The position numbers and the translations under genes are program-made. From assembly GCA_964566225.1 (NCBI GenBank), contig CAZMHV010000001.1, forward strand, positions 21,963-85,962: a stretch of DNA of 64,000 nucleotides. The letters run 5' to 3'. Position 1 is the stretch's first letter. The number at the start of each line of letters is the position of its first letter. The DNA comes from an uncultured Gammaproteobacteria bacterium (GTDB taxonomy: Bacteria; Patescibacteriota; Patescibacteriia; Magasanikbacterales; UBA922). The notes below the pieces were generated by a model. It searched no databases, was not told the DNA's origin, and was given only the letters and a program-made list of their open reading frames with translations. Below are positions 55,873 through 64,000 of the stretch, piece by piece.

Positions 55873-56961
55873 TTATATTTTTTGAATCACACCACTGTTG
55901 GCATCGAGCAGTATCACGTCACCATTTTGTAATTTTTCAGTTGCATCTTTGGTACCCACTATACAGGGTTTGCCAAGTTCACGCGCCACAATTGCGGCAT
56001 GACTCAAAATTCCTCCACGGTTGGTGATAAATCCAGCCGCTTGTTTCATGAGGGGCAAATAACTTGGGTCAGTGACATCACACACCAAAATATCCGAAGA
56101 GGTGAGTGAAGTCTGTGCAATATCTTGGGGTGCAACAATTCGTACTGTTCCTTGAACTATGCCAGTATTTCCAATTTGACCTTGCAGGGCAAAAGATTCT
56201 TTATTTTGTGCGAGTGGAACGAGCAGTTGATAGTCCTTTCCCAAAATTCGATTATAGTCAATAAACCACACACCACGCTCCGGGTCATACGAAGTTTCAA
56301 AATATCCGCACAGATAGTTGTGAGCAAAGGTTGCATTCAGTTTTTCAGTGAGTTCTTGTTGTGTTTCTTTTTTTTCTATCACTAAATACTCTGTTATTTC
56401 CCGCGCATGATTTTGCAAAGCTTCATTGCCACCAACAAAATTCCAGTTCGTAAAGTCAAATGAAAAATACAATTTGTCTTCGTTTCCTGAATTTCCTTGT
56501 GTGAGGATACTGTGGGGCCCTTGCACCAACTCACCAAAAATTTCATGCGCATTCACCACAAAAATAGAAGCATAAAATGAATCAGCATGGGGCACAAATT
56601 CCACTTTGTATTTTTCTTTTTCAATGGTTTGTTCATTGAACCAATCCACTGAATCGCGAATACTTTTGCCGCGAATACGAAGTTTGGGGAGCGTTGGATC
56701 AAGTGGCACCAGTCGAATGGCGCAGAGTTCATCACCATGCTTCTGCAGAAAATTTTGAAATTCAGGTTTATCGAGGTCAACCTCCATTGCAGCAAAGTTA
56801 TACGGTTTATCAAAAGGAAGCCCAATGACTTGATTCAAAATGAAGAGCCGATCACGTTTGGTATTGTCTTCTTGTCGAAGCCTGGCCACATCGTAATGTT
56901 CAAGTTGTTCAAACCATTCTGTGAGGGAGTAGTTTTTTTCAAAAAAGTGTTGATTGTTCAT
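55873..56961 (-). CDS. PEP-utilising enzyme mobile-domain protein (pyruvate phosphate dikinase/PEP synthase C-terminal-like)
   Basis: C-terminal GFITNRGGILSHAAIVARELGKPCIVG motif. N-terminal region uncharacterised. Confidence 0.6.
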   Translation of the reverse strand: MNNQHFFEKNYSLTEWFEQLEHYDVARLRQEDNTKRDRLFILNQVIGLPFDKPYNFAAMEVDLDKPEFQNFLQKHGDELCAIRLVPLDPTLPKLRIRGKSIRDSVDWFNEQTIEKEKYKVEFVPHADSFYASIFVVNAHEIFGELVQGPHSILTQGNSGNEDKLYFSFDFTNWNFVGGNEALQNHAREITEYLVIEKKETQQELTEKLNATFAHNYLCGYFETSYDPERGVWFIDYNRILGKDYQLLVPLAQNKESFALQGQIGNTGIVQGTVRIVAPQDIAQTSLTSSDILVCDVTDPSYLPLMKQAAGFITNRGGILSHAAIVARELGKPCIVGTKDATEKLQNGDVILLDANSGVIQKI

Positions 56962-57061
56962 AGAAAAATTTTCTCTATGCTATCAGAAATTTAATACAAA
57001 ATCAAGCATTCACAGGATTTTGGATTTGTGTTAAAATACCTTCACAAGTTTATATATTTTT

Positions 57062-60000
57062 ATGGGATATAATGACAAACAACCAATACGAGGAAGAGGG
57101 TATGATGATTTTGGCGATGAACGTGATGTGAGTAGTGGGCGTAAAATCGCCGAACTCGCGGCGTATTTGGAAACTCAGGACTTCCCCATGAAGGCTGCCA
57201 ACGATGATGTCGTCGATGCACTTTTTGAATCTGCTGAGAGTGGAAGTAATGTCTTTTTTTTAGAAGCCTTAGCAGGAAGTGGCAAAACTGGGTATGGTCC
57301 ATCCGCACTTATTGAAATGCTCAAGCGTCGAGGTATAGAACATCCTCGAGTAATTGGTGCTGAACCACGTCGTGATGCCACGGTCGCAGCTGCCAATTTG
57401 AATGCCGCTGTTCGCAAAGCACAAGTGGGGCGAGATGTGGGATATTCCACTGGTGAAGGCAGAAGGATTCAGCCCACGGCTGATTTATTTTTTGTGACTC
57501 CAAGAATTTTATTGCGTTATTTTTTTGAAGGGAAAATTAATAAAAATATCAATGGATTGTTTGTTGATGAAGCGCATGATCGTTCAGTAGATTATGATAT
57601 GATTTGTGGAGCTTTGGAGTTACTTCGTCGAAAAGGGCAGGCTCCATTTACTGTGTTCACGAGTGCACGAGTAAACCCAGGACTCAAACAATTTTTTGAT
57701 CTCAAAGAAACCGATACCATGCAGGTAGAAGGGCGTCGGTTCCCTATTGAAACGAGATACTATCCACCAGAATTTGGGGTAGAAGAAGAACCACAAGGGT
57801 TTGACTATTTGAACAAGATCATGTTTAAAATGGAACAGATTTGTGACAGTGGGAAGCCTGGGGATATTCTTGTTTTTTTGCCAGGTGAGCCGGAGATAAA
57901 AAAAATAATGAATGAATATCAAGGCACTGACAGACTTCATGCCGAACTACTGCCTTTGTATGGAAAGCTTAAACAAGAAGAAAGACAAAAAGTTATTTTT
58001 GATAAACAAAGAACTCCTGGCAGAAGACGTGTTATTTTGTCTACCAACTATGCTGAGTCTTCGTATACTTTGCCACAAGTACGTTTTGTCATTGATTCTT
58101 GTCGGAAAAAAGTATCATATTATGACCCAGAAACTCACACGGATCATTTGGTAACCGAGTTTGTCTCTCAAGATGAAGCCGATCAACGGGCGGCTCGTTC
58201 GGGCAGAGTGGCCAACGGAGAAGTGCATCGTGCCGTTACCGAAGAAACTTATAAAAAGTTCAAAAAACATCCTCAGTCAGAAATACATCGCGTGAATCTT
58301 TCTCTTTATATTTTGCGTCTCAAAAGTTTGGGTATTAACTTTGAAGATTTTCCTCTGCCAGAAATGCCAGTGCAGAGTGCTATTGATGCTGGGCGCAAGG
58401 AATTGCAGGCACTGGGTGCCATGGATGAGCATGGTGAACTCACTGACCTGGGGAGAGAAATAGCCGAGACTACCTTTGAACCACGCGTCGCACGTATGGT
58501 GATTGAAGGCAAAAGGCGTGGTAAATTATTGCCTGCTTTGGTGATGGCTGCTTTTTCGAGAGAAAGTACTGTATTCCACAAAAAGGGAAATCAATCAGGT
58601 TTTGGACATGCCTGGGGTGACTCAGGTTGGATTTCCAAAGACGTTCAATCTGATTGGTATCGTAACATTCAAGTAATGAAGGGGGCTATACGGCATGGTG
58701 TTTTTGAACTCGTGAAAGAGTCCCATGAAGGTGCACTGGGGTATCGAGCTATCGATTTTCGTCGTTGGTGTGAAGAAGAGAACTTAAATCCAAATGCATT
58801 AAAACACATTGCGACTCGTCTCAAAGATTTTGCAGAGTTAGTAGGAGTTAATTTGGAGTCAGAAGATTTATTTGATACTTTGCAGCAAACGAAAGAAAGT
58901 GATATTACACCACTCCTGTTAACCGCATATGCAGATTGTTTGCTCGCCAAAGGGTTAGAAGATATAAAATATCACCGTTTACGTGAACAAGGGGCAAGTA
59001 ATATTTTGGTGGGTGAAAGTTCAGCCGCTTATGATAAAAATCCACAACTGTGTGTTGCTACTGAAATTACTGTGCCCAAAGGGAGTTTTGCTTCCTATGC
59101 CAATGGGGTGCATCCGGTAAGTTTGGCCGAGGTGCGCGAGATTTTGAAACAGTTTATCACTATTGGTGCTCCTCATCACTATGAATATAATAAAACAACA
59201 GGTACAGTGGTAGCTTTTTTCCCTTGTGAGTATAAAGTGCCAGGTATGGACAGGGGTGTTTTTTTGGCTGATGAAAAAGGCGAAGTACATGATGAAAAAG
59301 CAGCTCGGCTTTTTATTCAAAATCAAATTTTGGAACCTCGGATGCAGAACTCTGGACAAAGAACTCGGGGACTCAGTAATCGACTTTACGCAGATGCGCG
59401 GTGGGAACAAGAAATGTATGGAGGAGGGGATGATTTTGATCCAGAATCTTATGGTGAAAAAGATTTTGTCGGAGGTTTTGGTGGGATTTCAAAGATTGAT
59501 AGCACTCGGGAATACCTAGAGAAAATACATGCAGACAATTTAGGGGCGCTCGATGAATTGCGGAAGTTATTTACCAGAAGTGGGGGAGCTTTTCATTTAC
59601 CATCGGAAGTGTATGTTGATTGGTACTTGTCAAAACTGAAAAAAACAGATGGGACCTATGTGAGTTCTGTTGGAGAAGCCAAATCAATTTTGGAACAATT
59701 AAAATTTAAACCAGAGGTATATTGTTCGGCTGAACAACACGAAAAAATTGATAGAGAATTTCCAGCATTTGTACAAATACAAGGAGAACAGTATAGGGTT
59801 GGTTATGGATTATCAAATGAACAGCATAGTATTTCAATAAATTATCCAATTGAAAAACTTTTGAAACTCTCGCAAAGTGATATCCCAACTTTTGGACCTC
59901 CAGAACAAACGGTTCCTTGTACCGTACAAGTGAGGTCTGGTTTTGGAAAGGTTTTTTCTGGTATTGACGTTGAGGAGCTCAAAAAACAGGCGGAGCCAAC

Positions 60001-62866
60001 TATTTTGGAAGAGGTTGTATTTCCAGAATGGAAAAAAACTCAACAACAAAGGACTCAATTTATACAAGAGCCCTTTCGAACATTGCCAGAAATTGAGGCA
60101 GTTCAGTTTGCAACAAATTTGTCTGGTCAACCTGTTTATGCGTATCGTGGTTTAAGGTTTGAAAGAAGTTGGGGGGGTCGTGCATATCAACATTTTTTTT
60201 ATCGTCGTCATGATGCCGAGGCGGCCATGAAAGAAGTAAAAGATTATCAAAAACAAATTGAAGAAGGTGAAATACAAAACTTTACAGAAATACAAAAACT
60301 AAGAGACTTAGCAGGGAGAGTTGAAACTCGAATACAATCACTCTCTTTGGAATCAGAAAAATATGGACTTCCAGATGATGCCTGGATACAATTGTTGAAT
60401 GGAAAATTAGAATATGTAAAAGGACAGTTGGTCACAAAATCTCCAGATGAAAAATTTGACTATCGTCTTCTTTCTTCTCATCGAAGCCGTCTCGATGAAA
60501 TTTTGAGAATTATTGAAGCACGCCCTGCAGCGGTGGAGAGAAGACGGGTATTATTGCCAGAAATTGAAAGGGCAAGGGATATGGCACAGAGGGTTGTTAA
60601 GATTATAGAAGCCATTGTCCCAAATGATGCTCAGTGGAATATTGGTGCTACACAAATAAAATTGTGGAGTGCTGGCGTTGAACTTGCGTTGAAACAAGCA
60701 GAGTCAGACCCAGCAGATGCTTTGTTCCGTATTAATCGAGTTGAAAAAGAAATTGAACAAAGAAAAAAACAGTATGAAGAGCTTGAAAGTTTGTGGCAGA
60801 TGGTGCGAAACATGGCGAATATTATATTTATTGATCAAGCTGAAAAATATAAAGCATCTCATGAAGTAAAAAGTCATGCAAAACTAATTTTTGACACGGC
60901 TACTCGCTCTTTACATGGGACTTTGGTTTCGTTGGAGACTGCACAGACAAATTTACAGCAAGTATTTTATTTGCTTGATGATTTTTTGAATCCTGAAGTA
61001 GCCAAGCTTCGAAGGGAAGCTCTGGCTCTTGTGGAAAAAAGTCCCACGAGTGCACTTGGACCAGCAGGCAAAATTATTCACATTGAGCATGGAAAATTGG
61101 TTCGTGGTCTAGAATTCCCTGATGATGGAAGGGGTGGTGCTGTTGTGTATCAGAGAAACAATGGAGAAAAACTTCTTTTCACCAATAATAGAAGGTTGTC
61201 TTATATCAACCGAAATGGGGATATCTTGTATTCATATAATTTGCCAGATGGAATTTATGTGGTAGATAAAACGGCAAGTAATGTGATTGAACTTGAAATG
61301 GAATTGGCCGGTGCGGTGCGCCCTTTTCAAAAGTTAGAGAAGGAATTTACAGAAAGAGGAAATGCTGAAGCAATTGTTCTTTTGCATGCACAGAAAAAAT
61401 ATGGAGAGGTTGAAAGTTTACTTGCTGGCTTGAACGGGAAAGGTGATATATATCTTGGGACATTTGAAAGAAATTTGTCCAAACTAGAACCATGTATTTA
61501 TGACATTACACAGGCAGAAGAAGCTCTCAAAGGTTTGAAAAAATTAGAGGATTCTATAAATGAAGCTATAGCAGAGCAGGAAAAGAAAATTCAAAAACAA
61601 GAAAAACAATTTGACGAAGTAAAAAAACTCTATCAGCATATTCTTCAGACGGCAAGTCGGTTCCTCGATGAGTATACTTTTCGTGAAGAGTATGAATACA
61701 GTGGGAGATCTGTGTTCCGAGGAGTACGCAAAGACGAATTTGAACGGGCACTCCGAAATTGGCAGCAATTGAAGCCTATTTGTACACAAACACAGTTACC
61801 AAACACAACTTCAATTGAATCTGTACAAAATCAAATCCGCACTGTATTTGAAGTACTTTCCAAACTTGAAATATGGGATCGCAGCTATACTGACCGTGAA
61901 AATGAAAGGCAAATCCGTTTGCTCGAGGACATGAATAAAAATCTTCGACAAGGACAAATTTTGTTTATGAGTGCAGATAAGCGAGTGGAGCGTGCCACAA
62001 CGATCAATAATTTGGCAGGTGGAAATGCGAATCCAAAAATTATTTATTTGGGATCAAGTGGTGAACAGCTCAAATGTGATTTTGAAGGTGGTATGGTTGC
62101 CTTGCTGAGAGATAGACGTATTTTATTTACCTATAACTTAGCATATGGGGAATGTTTTGTTGTGTCATATGATGGTTATCAAATGATGGAAGTAAGGCCA
62201 GTACCTATGGGTCTATTTGAATTTGTTCGTGTTGTTGACGCCGAGCAATATATGCCGGGTAATTTACAGGTGAGAGATGAACGACGTGAGGCTCTTCCCC
62301 CAAGGCGAGAACCTTCTCCACCTCCACGTCGTGAACCACCACCTTTTGGCAGAGGGTCTGAAGGATTTATGTCTGTTGGACGGTTTGGGGACAGATCACG
62401 TACTTTTGAAGCTCCTCCACGACAGGTATTTGGTTCCCCCGATTCTGTTGGATCAAGTGCTTTGGCAGATGTACTGATGAAGTTCAAGGCAGAGAATCCT
62501 GTCTCACCGTCATCTGATCACCTCACTCCAACTTCCGCACCAGCAGAAGAAGTAAAAAAACAAATGGACGATAAGGGGGAAAAAATCATGACAGAAGAGC
62601 TGAGGGCTGCACTCATTGGTGATCTTGAACTTATTGAAATTATTTTACTTGAAATTGCAAGTGTTCGGCATGGAAATGATAAGGCGAAAATAAAGTTGAT
62701 GAGCGACGGTGAAAAAATTACAGAACGTTTGGGGGATATCACTGCCATGGTAAAAAGTTCAAATGATGTCGAAAGAGCCAGAAGTTCGGTTGCTGGAACT
62801 TTGGGAGAGGTAAAACGTATTGCTAAAAAGTTAAACTTAGAAGATAAATTAAAGGGGTACTTATAA
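57062..62866 (+). CDS. giant protein (1934 aa): N-terminal DEAH/RHA helicase (HrpA-like) + about 1200-aa uncharacterised coiled-coil/Pro-rich C-terminal region
   Basis: Walker A AGSGKTG, DEAH (VDEAHDRS), TNYAESSYT, QRAARSGR. The C-terminal part holds tandem PPRREPSPPPRREPPP and long predicted coils. Confidence 0.75.
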   Translation: MGYNDKQPIRGRGYDDFGDERDVSSGRKIAELAAYLETQDFPMKAANDDVVDALFESAESGSNVFFLEALAGSGKTGYGPSALIEMLKRRGIEHPRVIGAEPRRDATVAAANLNAAVRKAQVGRDVGYSTGEGRRIQPTADLFFVTPRILLRYFFEGKINKNINGLFVDEAHDRSVDYDMICGALELLRRKGQAPFTVFTSARVNPGLKQFFDLKETDTMQVEGRRFPIETRYYPPEFGVEEEPQGFDYLNKIMFKMEQICDSGKPGDILVFLPGEPEIKKIMNEYQGTDRLHAELLPLYGKLKQEERQKVIFDKQRTPGRRRVILSTNYAESSYTLPQVRFVIDSCRKKVSYYDPETHTDHLVTEFVSQDEADQRAARSGRVANGEVHRAVTEETYKKFKKHPQSEIHRVNLSLYILRLKSLGINFEDFPLPEMPVQSAIDAGRKELQALGAMDEHGELTDLGREIAETTFEPRVARMVIEGKRRGKLLPALVMAAFSRESTVFHKKGNQSGFGHAWGDSGWISKDVQSDWYRNIQVMKGAIRHGVFELVKESHEGALGYRAIDFRRWCEEENLNPNALKHIATRLKDFAELVGVNLESEDLFDTLQQTKESDITPLLLTAYADCLLAKGLEDIKYHRLREQGASNILVGESSAAYDKNPQLCVATEITVPKGSFASYANGVHPVSLAEVREILKQFITIGAPHHYEYNKTTGTVVAFFPCEYKVPGMDRGVFLADEKGEVHDEKAARLFIQNQILEPRMQNSGQRTRGLSNRLYADARWEQEMYGGGDDFDPESYGEKDFVGGFGGISKIDSTREYLEKIHADNLGALDELRKLFTRSGGAFHLPSEVYVDWYLSKLKKTDGTYVSSVGEAKSILEQLKFKPEVYCSAEQHEKIDREFPAFVQIQGEQYRVGYGLSNEQHSISINYPIEKLLKLSQSDIPTFGPPEQTVPCTVQVRSGFGKVFSGIDVEELKKQAEPTILEEVVFPEWKKTQQQRTQFIQEPFRTLPEIEAVQFATNLSGQPVYAYRGLRFERSWGGRAYQHFFYRRHDAEAAMKEVKDYQKQIEEGEIQNFTEIQKLRDLAGRVETRIQSLSLESEKYGLPDDAWIQLLNGKLEYVKGQLVTKSPDEKFDYRLLSSHRSRLDEILRIIEARPAAVERRRVLLPEIERARDMAQRVVKIIEAIVPNDAQWNIGATQIKLWSAGVELALKQAESDPADALFRINRVEKEIEQRKKQYEELESLWQMVRNMANIIFIDQAEKYKASHEVKSHAKLIFDTATRSLHGTLVSLETAQTNLQQVFYLLDDFLNPEVAKLRREALALVEKSPTSALGPAGKIIHIEHGKLVRGLEFPDDGRGGAVVYQRNNGEKLLFTNNRRLSYINRNGDILYSYNLPDGIYVVDKTASNVIELEMELAGAVRPFQKLEKEFTERGNAEAIVLLHAQKKYGEVESLLAGLNGKGDIYLGTFERNLSKLEPCIYDITQAEEALKGLKKLEDSINEAIAEQEKKIQKQEKQFDEVKKLYQHILQTASRFLDEYTFREEYEYSGRSVFRGVRKDEFERALRNWQQLKPICTQTQLPNTTSIESVQNQIRTVFEVLSKLEIWDRSYTDRENERQIRLLEDMNKNLRQGQILFMSADKRVERATTINNLAGGNANPKIIYLGSSGEQLKCDFEGGMVALLRDRRILFTYNLAYGECFVVSYDGYQMMEVRPVPMGLFEFVRVVDAEQYMPGNLQVRDERREALPPRREPSPPPRREPPPFGRGSEGFMSVGRFGDRSRTFEAPPRQVFGSPDSVGSSALADVLMKFKAENPVSPSSDHLTPTSAPAEEVKKQMDDKGEKIMTEELRAALIGDLELIEIILLEIASVRHGNDKAKIKLMSDGEKITERLGDITAMVKSSNDVERARSSVAGTLGEVKRIAKKLNLEDKLKGYL

Positions 62867-62880
62867 ATTGCGCATAAGTA

Positions 62881-62912
62881 AAAACAGACTTTTGAGGGGT
62901 CTGTTTTTATTT
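62881..62912 (+). terminator. intrinsic terminator (CAGAC-N9-GTCTG + T-run) after the giant gene
   Basis: Read directly. Confidence 0.5.
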
Positions 62913-62973
62913 GGTTTTAAACAGTTGAAACCCCCCACAAAATAGGGTACTATATGCTAGCTAAAGAACTTCT

Positions 62974-64000
62974 ATGGATTTTGTCCACCTCCACGTCCAC
63001 TCCCACTATTCGCTCCTCGACGGCCTCACCAAGGTGAAAACTTTGGTAAAAAAGGCTAAGGAAAGGGGATTTAGTGCTATTGCCCTCACTGATTATGGCT
63101 CCATGTATGGTGCCATTGAGTTTTATTCGGCTTGTAAAGATAATGGCATTAAGCCAATTATGGGGTTTGAGGCGTTTATTGCGCCCCGGGGGATGGAAGA
63201 TAAAGACCCTGCTCTTGATAAAGATGTGTACAATTTGATTTTGCTGGCCAAAGATTATAATGGATATCGCAATTTGATGAAGCTTTCGAGTGAAGGCCAT
63301 TTGCGTGGATTTTTCAATGGCAAACCTCGTCTTGATAAAGAAACACTCAAAAAATATAGCAGTGATATTATTGCACTTTCTGGACCAATTACTGGTGAAG
63401 TTCCAACACTTTTGAAACAAGGAAAAATTGAAGAGGCCAAAAAAGCTGCGTTGCAATATAAAGAAATTTTTGGTGACAAAGATTTTTTTCTCGAACTCGA
63501 GGATCATCCAGGAATTGAAGGTCAAATTGATGTAAATGCAAAACTCATCGAACTCTCCAAAGAAACAGATATACCGCTGGTGGTGACACGCGATGTGCAC
63601 TACCTCAATCCAGATGACGCCGAAGCGCAAGATATTTTGTGTTGTATCCGTGAAGGGTGGAAAGTGGGACAGAGTAATCGCGAAGATTTTCGCAGTGTTG
63701 ATCGATCACTCAATAGTGGAGACGATATTCTCTCACGTTTTCGCCATGTCAAAGAAGCGGTTGAAAATACGGTGAAAATCGCAGACCGAATTAACCTTGA
63801 AATTGAACTCAATAAATGGCACTTTGCACCAGTGGCACAGGAACCAGGGAAAACCTATGATGAAATGCTTCGCGAACAAGCCTTTGCGCGTGCACCGCAA
63901 TATTATTCTCCAGTGACAGATGAAATTACGCAGCGCCTCGAATACGAACTCGATATCATCAAAACCAAAGGCTACTCACCATACTTTTTGTGTGTAGCGG
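62974..64000 (+). CDS. dnaE: DNA polymerase III alpha subunit, N-terminal PHP domain (3' end outside window)
   Basis: MDFVHLHVHSHYSLLDGLTKV...IALTDYGSMYGAIEFY PHP motifs. Frame is open to the window end. Confidence 0.85.
   Translation, partial: MDFVHLHVHSHYSLLDGLTKVKTLVKKAKERGFSAIALTDYGSMYGAIEFYSACKDNGIKPIMGFEAFIAPRGMEDKDPALDKDVYNLILLAKDYNGYRNLMKLSSEGHLRGFFNGKPRLDKETLKKYSSDIIALSGPITGEVPTLLKQGKIEEAKKAALQYKEIFGDKDFFLELEDHPGIEGQIDVNAKLIELSKETDIPLVVTRDVHYLNPDDAEAQDILCCIREGWKVGQSNREDFRSVDRSLNSGDDILSRFRHVKEAVENTVKIADRINLEIELNKWHFAPVAQEPGKTYDEMLREQAFARAPQYYSPVTDEITQRLEYELDIIKTKGYSPYFLCVA

Noticed and set aside
1-64000. CRISPR arrays, rRNA genes, IS elements/transposases
   Set aside because: No regularly spaced short direct repeats, no rRNA-like conserved blocks and no transposase/integrase-like ORFs were seen anywhere in the window.

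Overview
The window is a low-GC (about 35% by eye) bacterial chromosome segment. TGA is used as a stop codon, so the standard genetic code applies. Most of it is housekeeping. A SUF Fe-S assembly cluster (iscS-like, sufB, sufS, sufU, sufC, sufT) sits at the start. After it come two ferredoxins, clpB (with a CIRCE/HrcA operator), a wecG/tagA-family transferase, gltX, an M23 peptidase, metK, uppP, gpsA, cca, a divIC/ftsB-like gene, a parvulin PPIase, ftsE/ftsX, a MarR regulator with a heterodimeric ABC exporter, a MerR/TipA-like regulator, an ECF sigma/anti-sigma pair, a ZnuA-like zinc-binding protein, recQ, a Cas4-like Fe-S PD-(D/E)XK nuclease, an M3 oligopeptidase, trmB, a PEP-utilising enzyme, a 1934-aa DEAH (HrpA-like) helicase giant and the 5' end of dnaE. 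There are three tRNAs: Gly-CCC, Thr-CGU and Gln-UUG. The gene content and composition are consistent with a CPR/Patescibacteria-like organism, but that is only an inference.

Three features are not housekeeping:
- **GC-rich cassettes.** At least seven short GC-rich islands (roughly 55-65% GC by eye) are scattered through the window. Each carries a small ORF with its own canonical sigma70 promoter (TTGAC[AT]-17 nt-TAnnnT), a strong SD, very high third-position GC, and often a GC-rich hairpin. One island (41.1-42.6 kb) is a minus-strand cluster of three small proteins containing a 17-bp perfect palindrome.
- **Surface-protein paralogs.** Three LamG (concanavalin-like) proteins end in a VPE-x + TM + basic tail, which resembles PEP-CTERM/PEF-CTERM exosortase sorting signals. 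Two are tandem, and the first copy is flanked by a 28-bp direct repeat.
- **Shared operator.** A 19-bp palindrome (AATGCAAC-N3-GTTGCAT) lies between the -35 and -10 of both the znuA-like promoter and the promoter of a GC-rich, His-containing, beta-rich secreted protein. This looks like a Zur-type metalloregulator box.

Also noted: a frameshifted C-N hydrolase in a poly-A run, and a KilA-N/NUDIX/CutA-like segment between tRNA-Gly and tRNA-Thr. No CRISPR array, rRNA or recognisable transposase was seen.
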